The position numbers and the translations under genes are program-made. DNA of 24,000 bases, from NCBI RefSeq assembly GCF_026914305.1, contig NZ_CP113866.1, positions 666,183 through 690,182 on the forward strand, in the 5' to 3' direction. The stretch comes from Caldicellulosiruptor acetigenus. GTDB lineage: Bacteria > Bacillota > Thermoanaerobacteria > Caldicellulosiruptorales > Caldicellulosiruptoraceae. Each line of letters begins with the position of its first letter. Within the stretch, counting starts at the first letter, position 1. Below, one piece after another: positions 8,515 through 16,331 of this stretch. A model generated the notes under the pieces. The model was not told the origin of the DNA. It saw nothing but the letters and a program-made list of their open reading frames with translations, and searched no databases.

Positions 8515-9528
8515 GTGGTTAAGATTCCAGCTACAATAAAAGATATAGCAAGGTATACAGGACTTTCAATAGCAACTATATCAAAGTATCTCAATGGTGG
8601 TAATGTGTTAGAAAAAAATAGGATTCTTATTGAAGAGGCAATAAAAGCGTTGGATTTTGAAGTGAATGAAATTGCAAGAGGACTCAGAACTAACAAGACA
8701 ATGACAATTGGAGTTTTGATTCCTGTTTTTGAAGTTTTCTTTAATACAATTGTATCTTCGTTAGAAAATGTCTTGCTTGAAACTGGTTATAGTGTTGTTG
8801 TATGTGATTACAGAGATGATAAAAAGTTAGAAAAGGAAAGGTTAGATTTTCTTTATAAAAAAAGAGTTGATGCATTAGTGGTTGTTCCCACATATTTGAA
8901 AGGAAGCGATATTAAAAAGATTATAAAAAGGGACATTCCAATTGTAGCAGTGGACAGACCAATTGAAGACTTTGAGTGTGATACAATACTTGTGAACAAT
9001 TTTGAAGTTTCATATCAAGCAGTTGAAAAGTTGATTTTAATGGGGCACAAAAAAATTGGAATAATATGTGGGCCGCAGAATATCTATACTGCTCAAGAAA
9101 GGTTGAATGGCTATGTGCAAGCTCATACTAATTTTAACATACCTCTAAATGAAGAATATATAAAGTTTGGAGAATTTCATAATATGGAATCAGGTTATAA
9201 AAAAATGATTGAATTACTTGAAATCCAAAATCCTCCTTCTGCTGTTTTTGTTACAAATTATGAGATGACTCTTGGTGCTATTATTGCTATAAATGAAAAA
9301 GATATAAAAGTCCCTGATGAGCTGTCAGTTATAGGCTTTGATAATTTAGAAATGGCAAGGATAGTAAAGCCATCATTATCTCTTGTGGTCCAGCCAATGG
9401 AAGAGATAGGAGAGTCTGTTGCAAGATTGCTATTGAAGAGATTAAAAGGGGATAAAAGTGATTTTCCTTTGCAAAAAAAGTTGAATGCACAAGTTTTGAT
9501 AAAGAATTCAATCAAAAAAATAGGCTAA
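8515..9528 (+). CDS. LacI-family transcriptional regulator
   Basis: 337 aa with a GTG start after GAGAGGGG. N-terminal HTH ATIKDIARYTGLSIATISKYLNGG...EEAIKALDFEVNEIARGLRT, followed by a periplasmic-binding-protein-like sugar-binding core (IGVLIP...VDRP...IGFDN). Confidence 0.9.
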   Translation: MVKIPATIKDIARYTGLSIATISKYLNGGNVLEKNRILIEEAIKALDFEVNEIARGLRTNKTMTIGVLIPVFEVFFNTIVSSLENVLLETGYSVVVCDYRDDKKLEKERLDFLYKKRVDALVVVPTYLKGSDIKKIIKRDIPIVAVDRPIEDFECDTILVNNFEVSYQAVEKLILMGHKKIGIICGPQNIYTAQERLNGYVQAHTNFNIPLNEEYIKFGEFHNMESGYKKMIELLEIQNPPSAVFVTNYEMTLGAIIAINEKDIKVPDELSVIGFDNLEMARIVKPSLSLVVQPMEEIGESVARLLLKRLKGDKSDFPLQKKLNAQVLIKNSIKKIG

Positions 9529-9590
9529 TAATTCTGTTCCTTTTGGATTTAATCAAATGAGGCTGGTTTTTTTAAAATCCTTTTTGGGTA

Positions 9591-9620
9591 TTGACAGATA
9601 TATTTGTTTAATGTTATTCT
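9591..9620 (+). promoter_or_regulatory. Promoter of the five-gene sugar operon
   Basis: Consensus -35 TTGACA (9591-9596), an 18-nt spacer, then an extended -10 TGtTATTCT (9612-9620). Confidence 0.55.
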
Positions 9621-9628
9621 AATATAAA

Positions 9629-9642
9629 GCTAAACGTTTATC
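9629..9642. promoter_or_regulatory. LacI-type operator O1 (gcTAAACGTTTAtc)
   Basis: 10-bp perfect palindrome TAAACGTTTA centred at 9635/9636, immediately downstream of the predicted -10/TSS. The CG-centred AT-rich palindrome is typical of LacI/CcpA-family sites. Confidence 0.6.
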
Positions 9643-9660
9643 GTTTTGTATTTATTAAAA

Positions 9661-9674
9661 GTAAAACGTTTAGT
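9661..9674. promoter_or_regulatory. LacI-type operator O2 (gtAAAACGTTTAgt)
   Basis: Same AAACGTTT core, centred at 9667/9668. That is 32 bp (about 3 helical turns) from O1 and 36 nt upstream of the aldolase start. Confidence 0.55.
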
Positions 9675-9709
9675 TATTGATTATTCATTAAAAAAGGAAG
9701 TGAAAAGAA

Positions 9710-10546
9710 GTGGCTATTATCTCTTTGAAAGATGCTTTTGACTATGGTTTTGTAAAAACAGCAATTTGTTCTTTCAACTTTGTAAATGTCGAACAATTGT
9801 ATGGAATTGTAGCTGCTGCTGATGAGCTTCAAACTCCTGTTGTTTTAATGATTTCTCAAAAAACTGCTTTAAAATATGGACTTGAGGTAATGTTCAACTT
9901 AGCAAAATCAAAAGCTGAAAAGCTGCATACTCCGTTTGTCATTCATTTAGACCATGCAAAGAATATTGAGCTTGTTGAAAAAGCAATTAATTTAGGTTTT
10001 TCTTCAGTAATGTTTGATGGTTCATCACTCTCTTTTGATGAAAATATTAAGAAAACTTACGAAGTTGTAAAAAAAGCTCACAGATATGGGATTACAGTTG
10101 AGGGCGAAATAAATGCTATATATGGGAAGGAAGAAGATGGCCCCACAAGTGCTATTGTATACACAAAAGTAGAGGATGCCAAGAAGTTTTCAGAAGAGAC
10201 TGAGGTTGATTTTTTAGCGGTTAGTGTTGGGACAAAGCATGGACTTTATGAGGGAACGCCCTCCTTAAGGTATGATCTTATCAATGAAATTTCTAATTCA
10301 ATTAAATCAAAACTTGTTATGCATGGTTGCAGCGGGCTTACAGCTGAACAGTTAAGGAAGTCTATTCAAAGTGGAATTAAAAAGTTGAATTTTGGCACAG
10401 AAGTAATGCTAACACAGATAAATGCAATAAAAAAATCATTAGAAAATTTATCTAAACCAGATATAAGGCCAATTATGGACAGTTCAATTGATGAGATAAA
10501 GGCATATGTAAAGAACACAATTAATAGTATTAGTATTTCACAATAA
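9710..10546 (+). CDS. Class II ketose-bisphosphate aldolase (FBP/tagatose-1,6-bisphosphate aldolase family, GatY/KbaY/FbaA-like)
   Basis: 278 aa with a GTG start after AAGGAAGTGA. Family motifs present: FNFVNVEQL, HLDHAKN (Zn His), MFDGS, VEGEI, VSVGTKHGLY, VMHGCSG. The length matches the ~280-aa class IIB aldolases. Confidence 0.8.
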   Translation: MAIISLKDAFDYGFVKTAICSFNFVNVEQLYGIVAAADELQTPVVLMISQKTALKYGLEVMFNLAKSKAEKLHTPFVIHLDHAKNIELVEKAINLGFSSVMFDGSSLSFDENIKKTYEVVKKAHRYGITVEGEINAIYGKEEDGPTSAIVYTKVEDAKKFSEETEVDFLAVSVGTKHGLYEGTPSLRYDLINEISNSIKSKLVMHGCSGLTAEQLRKSIQSGIKKLNFGTEVMLTQINAIKKSLENLSKPDIRPIMDSSIDEIKAYVKNTINSISISQ

Positions 10547-10588
10547 AATTTATGAAAAAGTCAACAAAAAGGAGCGAATGTTTTAAAA

Positions 10589-11632
10589 ATGAAAGCGGCA
10601 GTTTTACACGCAAAAGGTGATATCAGATATGAAGAGGTTGAAGTTCCTAAAATAACTGAGGATGAGGTTCTTGTAAAAGTGAGGGCAAGTGGCATATGTG
10701 GGTCTGACATTCCAAGAGTATTGGGTGATGCGGCACATTTTTATCCTATCATATTAGGACATGAATTTTCTGGTGAAATTGTAGAGGTTGGCAAAAACGT
10801 TAAAAATCTTAAAATTGGCGACAGAGTGGTGGGTGCTCCGTTATTGCCATGTTTTAAGTGCAGTGATTGTCAAAAGGGTTGGTATTCGCAATGCAAAAAC
10901 TACAGTTTTATTGGATCAAGAAGGCAAGGGAGTTTTGCCGAATACATAGCGATTCCTGCAAGAAATGCTATAAAATTTGATGAAAGTATCCCTTTTGAAC
11001 AGGCTGTCTTTTTTGAACCATCAACTGTAGCTTTACATGGACTTAGGTGTGTTGATTTTAAAGGTGGCGAAGATGTTTTAGTTTTAGGTGCTGGAACAAT
11101 TGGGATTTTTACGTTACAGTGGGCAAGAATAATGGGAGCAAGACGCATCTGTGTTGTTGATATCAAAGATGAAAGATTAAAACTTGCAGAAGAGTTTGGA
11201 GCAGATTTTGTGGTAAATGCAACTGAAGAAAAGTTTACAGAAAAGATAAGTGAACTCACAAAAGGCAGAGGTTTTGGATATGTATTTGAAACAGCAGGTA
11301 GTACTGAGACAATAAAATTCTCTTTCGAATTTGTTTCAAATAAAGGTTGTGTTTGTCTTATTGGTACACCTACAAAGGATGTTGTTTTCTCACCTCATCT
11401 ATTTGAAAAAATTAATAGAAAAGAGTTTCATCTTACAGGTTCTTGGATGTCATATAGTGCCCCTTTTCCAGGCATTGAATGGGAGTTGACCTCACAGTAT
11501 TTTTCAGATAAACGCTTGAAGTTCAGCAATAAGTTGATATACAAAACCTTTCATCTAAAAGATATCAAAGAAGCATTTGAGTTATTTAAAAGTCCGGAGA
11601 ATGTGAAAGGCAAAGTAATTATTTTAAGTTAA
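10589..11632 (+). CDS. Zn-dependent polyol(-phosphate) dehydrogenase, galactitol-1-phosphate 5-dehydrogenase (GatD)-like
   Basis: 347 aa. Long motif matches to E. coli GatD as I remember it: ASGICGSDIPRVLGDAAHFYPIILGHEFSG; LLPCFKCSDCQKGWYSQCKNYSFIGSRRQGSFAEY; GAGTIG; GSWMSYSAPFPGIEWE. Confidence 0.75.
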   Translation: MKAAVLHAKGDIRYEEVEVPKITEDEVLVKVRASGICGSDIPRVLGDAAHFYPIILGHEFSGEIVEVGKNVKNLKIGDRVVGAPLLPCFKCSDCQKGWYSQCKNYSFIGSRRQGSFAEYIAIPARNAIKFDESIPFEQAVFFEPSTVALHGLRCVDFKGGEDVLVLGAGTIGIFTLQWARIMGARRICVVDIKDERLKLAEEFGADFVVNATEEKFTEKISELTKGRGFGYVFETAGSTETIKFSFEFVSNKGCVCLIGTPTKDVVFSPHLFEKINRKEFHLTGSWMSYSAPFPGIEWELTSQYFSDKRLKFSNKLIYKTFHLKDIKEAFELFKSPENVKGKVIILS

Positions 11633-11666
11633 TATATTCAAAAAATTATATAAGGAGGAATATAAA

Positions 11667-12836
11667 ATGATCAAAAGTTTTAATTACTATCAGCCCACCA
11701 GAATAATATTTGGAGTGGGCAGACGAAAAGAGCTTGGTATTTGGGCGAAACGTTTTGGGAAAAAGGTTTTAGTTGTTGTTGATCCGAATGTAGAAAAGTT
11801 TTTGTCTCAGCAGTGTCAAGAGATGTTAGATAGCCTTCATTCCGAATGTATTGAAACCATTGTATTTGATCATGTTATTCCAAATCCCACGCTTGACTCA
11901 ATCCAAGAAGGTGCAGAGGTTGCAAAAAAAGAGAAAGTTGATTTTGTAATAGGCATTGGTGGGGGAAGTGCAATTGACACAGCAAAAGCAATAGCAGTTG
12001 CAGCAACCCATGAAGGAACTGCATGGGATTATCTTTATTTTAAAAAAGAACCTACAGAAAAAACACTGCCTATAATTGGAGTTCCAACAACAGCAGGAAC
12101 AGGCACGCAAACATCAAGAGTCTCTGTGTTGACAAACACAGAAGAAAAATGCAAATCAGCAATTGCAAGTGACAATATAATATGCAAGGTTGCAATTGTA
12201 GATCCAGAGCTTACTTTAACTGTTCCTCCTGCTGTCACTGCATCAACAGGGTTTGATGTGTTTACACATTGCTTTGAGTCATACATAAATGTAAATAATC
12301 AGCCATATGTAGATATGTTGGCACTTGAGGCAATTGAAATTGTTATTAAATATTTGAAAAAAGCTTATGACAATCCAGGTGACCTTGTGGCAAGAACAAA
12401 GATGGCCTGGGCAGATACTTTAGCAGGATGTTGTTTGGCAAATGTTGGGACGACAATTCCACATGCCTTAGGTCAGGCAATTGGCGGTCATTTCCCGCAT
12501 GTAAGTCATGGTCAGAGCTTGGCAGTGGTTTACCCTGCATTTTTAGATTATACAGTGGACTGGGCTATAGAAAGGTTTGCAAAAGTGGCAAGAATTTTTA
12601 ATCCTGAGCTTGAGAAAGTATCTGACAAAGAAGCAGCCTATGCTTTGAAACAGGAAATTGTTTCATTTTTAAAATCAATCAACCTGTATTACACAATGGA
12701 GGATTTTGGAATAAAGAAAGAAGACGTTAAGGATTTGGTAAAACATGCAATAGAATTTCCTGATAACAGGGTAAATCCAAGAATTCCTGACGAAAAGGAT
12801 CTTGAAGAGCTTTATTTAAAATCGTTTAGAGACTAA
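11667..12836 (+). CDS. Iron-containing alcohol dehydrogenase family protein
   Basis: 389 aa, with RBS AAGGAGG. It has the Fe-ADH nucleotide-binding motif IGIGGGSAIDTAKAIA, GVPTTAGTGTQ and His-rich metal-site regions (FDVFTHCFESY, HALGQAIGGHFPHVSHG). Confidence 0.8.
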   Translation: MIKSFNYYQPTRIIFGVGRRKELGIWAKRFGKKVLVVVDPNVEKFLSQQCQEMLDSLHSECIETIVFDHVIPNPTLDSIQEGAEVAKKEKVDFVIGIGGGSAIDTAKAIAVAATHEGTAWDYLYFKKEPTEKTLPIIGVPTTAGTGTQTSRVSVLTNTEEKCKSAIASDNIICKVAIVDPELTLTVPPAVTASTGFDVFTHCFESYINVNNQPYVDMLALEAIEIVIKYLKKAYDNPGDLVARTKMAWADTLAGCCLANVGTTIPHALGQAIGGHFPHVSHGQSLAVVYPAFLDYTVDWAIERFAKVARIFNPELEKVSDKEAAYALKQEIVSFLKSINLYYTMEDFGIKKEDVKDLVKHAIEFPDNRVNPRIPDEKDLEELYLKSFRD

Positions 12837-12852
12837 AAAGGAGTAAGTGGGT

Positions 12853-14358
12853 ATGAGAGAATTGCTTTTGGGTATAGATATTGGAACCTCTGCCTGCAAA
12901 CTAAGCGTATTTGATAGAGAAGGGAATGTCATTTTTGATACTTCAAAACCATATAATATTTACTTTCCTCAAGAAGGGTTTGTAGAACAAGATCCCAATG
13001 AGTGGTGGGATGCTGTTGTCAACGCAATTAATGAGATGTTTGCAAAAAGTAATATCAGACCAGATGAAATAAAATCAATAGGAATTGCAGGGCAGAGTTG
13101 GTCCTGCATTCCTGTTGACAAAAATGGGAATGTCTTATCTAATACACCAATTTGGATGGACACTCGTTCTTCTTATATTTTGGAAAAAATTCGAGAAAAA
13201 ATTGATGAGAAATACATTTTTGATGTGAGCAAAAATCCTCTCAATCCCACATATTCAACACTCAAGATTTTATGGTTCAAAGAAAACAAACCTGATGTTT
13301 ATAAAAATACCTATAAGTTTTTACAGAGCAACAGCTTTATTGTTTTTAAACTTACAGATTCTTTTTCTCAGGACTTATCGCAAGGGTATGGATATCATTT
13401 CTTCAATATGGAAAAAGGCTGCTATGATGAAAAAGCTGCTGATATGTTTAGCATTGACCTTGAACTTTTACCACAAATCTATCCATGTCACCAGGTAGTA
13501 GGGTATGTATCAAAAGAAGCTGCAGAGATAACAGGTTTAAAGGAAGGCACACCTGTTGTTGCAGGAGGGTTAGATGCAGCTTGCTGCACCTTAGGTGCTG
13601 GTGTTGTTGAAGTGGGGCAAACGCAAGAACAAGGTGGGCAAGCAGGTGGCATGAGTATATGTCTTGACAGACCAGTTTCAAATCCAAAGCTTATCTTATC
13701 ATACCATGTTGTACCGGGAAGATGGCTTTTGCAAGGTGGAACTGTTGGTGGTGGAAGCTTAAGATGGTTTTATGAGCAGTTTGGTTATGAAGAAACAGAA
13801 ACTGCGAAAAGAGAAAATAAAAGTCCATTTGCTATCATGGATGAAAAAGCAGAACGGATTCCTTGTGGAGCAGAAGGCCTTATATTCTTGCCATATATGG
13901 CAGGGGAGAGGTCTCCTATCTGGGACAGAAACGCAAAGGGTATTTTCTATGGAGTGAGTTATAAAAAAACGAAGGCTCATTTTGTAAGGTCCATTATGGA
14001 AGGGTGTGCATATGCGCTGAGACATAATTTAGAAGTTGCAGAAGAGAGTGGCGTTAAAATTAATAGGCTTTATGCTGTTGGAGGAGCAGCAAATAGCAAA
14101 CTGTGGTGTCAGATAAAATCTGATGTAACTGGCAAAATCATTGAGGTGCCAATATCGGATAATGCAACAACACTCGGTGCAGCAGTATTAGCAGGATACG
14201 GTATAGGAATATTTAAAGATATCTTTAAGACTATAAAAGAAATAGTGAAGTCAAAGGCAATTTATTCACCATCCTTTGATAATTATAAGCTTTATTCGAG
14301 ATATTATGAGCAATATTTAGAAATCTATGAAAGATTAAAAGAAGTGATGAATAGATAA
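12853..14358 (+). CDS. FGGY-family carbohydrate kinase (xylulokinase-like)
   Basis: Motifs GIDIGTSACK, EQDPNEWW, IAGQ, PIWMDTRS, VGGGSLRW, GERSPIWD and VGGAANSKLW. The ORF track starts at GTG 12847, but ATG 12853 is 9 nt from GGAG (12840-12843), so I prefer it. Confidence 0.85.
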   Translation: MRELLLGIDIGTSACKLSVFDREGNVIFDTSKPYNIYFPQEGFVEQDPNEWWDAVVNAINEMFAKSNIRPDEIKSIGIAGQSWSCIPVDKNGNVLSNTPIWMDTRSSYILEKIREKIDEKYIFDVSKNPLNPTYSTLKILWFKENKPDVYKNTYKFLQSNSFIVFKLTDSFSQDLSQGYGYHFFNMEKGCYDEKAADMFSIDLELLPQIYPCHQVVGYVSKEAAEITGLKEGTPVVAGGLDAACCTLGAGVVEVGQTQEQGGQAGGMSICLDRPVSNPKLILSYHVVPGRWLLQGGTVGGGSLRWFYEQFGYEETETAKRENKSPFAIMDEKAERIPCGAEGLIFLPYMAGERSPIWDRNAKGIFYGVSYKKTKAHFVRSIMEGCAYALRHNLEVAEESGVKINRLYAVGGAANSKLWCQIKSDVTGKIIEVPISDNATTLGAAVLAGYGIGIFKDIFKTIKEIVKSKAIYSPSFDNYKLYSRYYEQYLEIYERLKEVMNR

Positions 14359-14376
14359 AAAAGAGGCGAATTTTAG

Positions 14377-15666
14377 ATGAGTCCTCAAAATCTATTGTTA
14401 GATTTATTTAAAAATAGGGAAAAAGGATTTAAGGGTATTATTTCAGTTTGTTCTTCAAATGAAATAGTCTTAGAAGCAGTTTTGAAAAGAATGAAGGATA
14501 CAAATCTACCAATTATTATTGAGTCTACCGCAAACCAGGTAAATCAATTTGGTGGATATTCTGGGCTTACACCATCTCAGTTTAAAAAAAAGGTTATCAA
14601 AATTGCTCAAAAAGTTGATTTTCCACCTGACAGAATAATTCTTGGTGGGGACCATCTTGGACCATTTGTGTGGCGTGACCAGGAACCAGAAATTGCAATG
14701 GAGTATGCTAAGCAAATGATAAAAGAATACATAAAAGCAGGTTTTACCAAAATTCACATTGACACAAGTATGCCTTTAAAAGGTGAAAACAGCATAGATG
14801 ATGAAATAATTGCTAAAAGAACTGCTGTGCTCTGCAGGATTGCGGAGGAGTGTTTTGAGAAGATTTCTATAAACAATACTCATATTACAAGACCTGTTTA
14901 TGTGATAGGAGCTGATGTACCACCTCCCGGCGGAGAGTCTTCTATCTGTCAAACAATTACTACTAAAGAGGAATTAGAAAGAAGTTTAGAATATTTCAAA
15001 GAAGCATTTAAAAAGGAAGGAATTGAACATATATTCGATTATGTAGTTGCCGTTGTTGCAAATTTTGGAGTCGAATTTGGGAGCGATGAAATTGTTGATT
15101 TTGATATGGAAAAAGTAAGGCCGCTAAAAGAGCTTTTGGGAAAGTACAATATAGTATTTGAAGGGCATTCTACAGATTATCAGACAAAGGAAAACTTAAA
15201 AAGAATGGTCGAATGTGGTATTGTAATTTTAAAGGTTGGTCCTGCTCTAACATTTGCGTTGCGTGAGGCATTAGTAGCCCTTAGTCATATTGAAGAAGAA
15301 ATTTATTGCAATGAAAAGGAGAAACTGTCAAGGTTTAGAGAAGTTTTATTGAATACTATGCTAACATGCAAAGATCACTGGAGTAAATATTTTGATGAAA
15401 ATGATAAATTAATTAAGTTAAAGCTTCTATATAGCTATCTTGACAGATGGAGATACTATTTTGAAAACGAGAGTGTGAAAAGTGCTGTTTATTCTCTTAT
15501 TGGAAATTTAGAGAATGTTAAAATTCCACCTTGGCTTATTAGTCAGTATTTTCCCTATCAGTACCAAAAGATGAGAAAAAAAGATTTAAAAAATGGTGCG
15601 ACCGAGCTAATATTAGATAAAATAGGGGAAGTCATAGACAGTTATGTTTATGCTGTAAAAAAATAA
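14377..15666 (+). CDS. GatZ/KbaZ/AgaZ-family protein (tagatose-bisphosphate aldolase accessory subunit / tagatose-6-phosphate 4-epimerase family)
   Basis: 429 aa. [17 protein letters not shown]...[24 protein letters not shown]...[11 protein letters not shown]...[10 protein letters not shown] parallels E. coli GatZ (GICSVCSAHP...[23 protein letters not shown]...[11 protein letters not shown]...FSKIHLDASM) as I recall it. Confidence 0.85.
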   Translation: [429 protein letters not shown]

Positions 15667-15830
15667 AAGGCGTTTGAATTTTTTTGAATTTTATAATTTA
15701 AGCAATAATTCTCAACAATAAATTTTATGCTTTTGGGCAATTCATCAAAACAAAAGTTAATTATTTATATAAATAGCGTTATGACAAAACTGCAAGATAG
15801 AATTTTTTAATAACAAATTATAAAATATGC

Positions 15831-15859
15831 TTGACTTTTAAAAAATGATTGATTATAAT
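15831..15859 (+). promoter_or_regulatory. Near-consensus sigma-A promoter upstream of the fucI relic
   Basis: TTGACT (15831-15836), an exactly 17-nt spacer, then TATAAT (15854-15859). Confidence 0.65.
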
Positions 15860-15896
15860 TTTAAATAGAAAAACAAATGTTGTGTTTAAGTTAAAT

Positions 15897-15910
15897 ATAA
15901 AACGTTTCGT
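15897..15910. promoter_or_regulatory. LacI-type operator O3 (atAAAACGTTTCgt)
   Basis: Same AAACGTTT core as O1/O2, centred at 15903/15904, about 38 nt downstream of the predicted TSS. Confidence 0.5.
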
Positions 15911-16054
15911 GAGAGTGACACACATCTCGGGCAGTTAAAGAGAATGAGATTTAAAAAAAGTGGATCGAGAAAGATTTTTCATGTAGTTCCTTAGCAGCGC
16001 AAGCAAATCTAACATCAAATATCTCAAATACCTTATGAAAGAGGGTGTTATGAC

Positions 16055-16264
16055 TTGCAAAATAAAAATGATAAATACACAATTGACATTGGCGAAAAAC
16101 GTTTTGTTGAAGACTATCCCAAAGTTGGAATTAGTCCTACTATAGATGGCAGATATGGTGGTGTAAGAGAATCATTAGAGGAACAAACATGAAAATTAGC
16201 ACAGTCTGTGGCAGAGGTTATAGAAAACAATGTTTATTTACCAATCATGCTTAACAAGGTATGA
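16055..16264 (+). pseudogene. fucI: L-fucose isomerase, N-terminal relic (about 45-69 of ~590 codons)
   Basis: TTG 16055 lies 9 nt after GAAAGAGGG. The translation [45 protein letters not shown] is followed by TGA (16190-16192). The same frame continues KLAQSVAEVIENNVYLPIMLNKV to TGA at 16262-16264. [23 protein letters not shown] matches the FucI N-terminus (E. coli: [23 protein letters not shown]). This ORF is too short to appear in the supplied track. Confidence 0.75.
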
Positions 16265-16331
16265 CTATTAATAAAAACAGAATTAATCTATTTTCATGCT
16301 AACAATATTGCAAATGAAAGGAGATATAATT

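Noticed and set aside
8442-8696. 84-aa minus-strand ORF overlapping the LacI-regulator start
   Set aside because: It is antisense to the HTH-coding region of a well-supported gene. It is hydrophobic and low-complexity, with no RBS.
10900-14025. Numerous antisense or off-frame ORFs within the sugar operon (e.g. 10900-11259, 11898-12110, 12035-12286, 12346-12540, 12969-13163, 13295-13498, 13448-13687, 13759-14025, 13772-13957)
   Set aside because: All are nested in genes with strong family motifs in the annotated frame, and none has an RBS or recognisable motifs.
15667-15830. A terminator after the GatZ-like gene
   Set aside because: I could not find a GC-containing stem followed by a T-run, only AT-rich direct repeats (GAATTTTTTTGAATTTT). 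Read-through into the fucI-relic promoter region cannot be excluded.
16096-16105. Perfect AAAACGTTTT palindrome inside the fucI relic, and AAACGTTT at 11748-11755 inside the Fe-ADH gene, as additional operators
   Set aside because: Both lie in coding frames where they simply encode Lys-Arg-Phe (GEKRFV, AKRFGK), and the flanks do not match the O1-O3 half-sites. They are probably coincidental, although the 16096 site could once have been an auxiliary operator.
16296-16331. Upstream ATG (16296) as the permease start, as in the ORF track
   Set aside because: It has no SD. The in-frame ATG at 16332 has AAAGGAG at optimal spacing, and the extra 12 residues (MLTILQMKGDII) are not permease-like.
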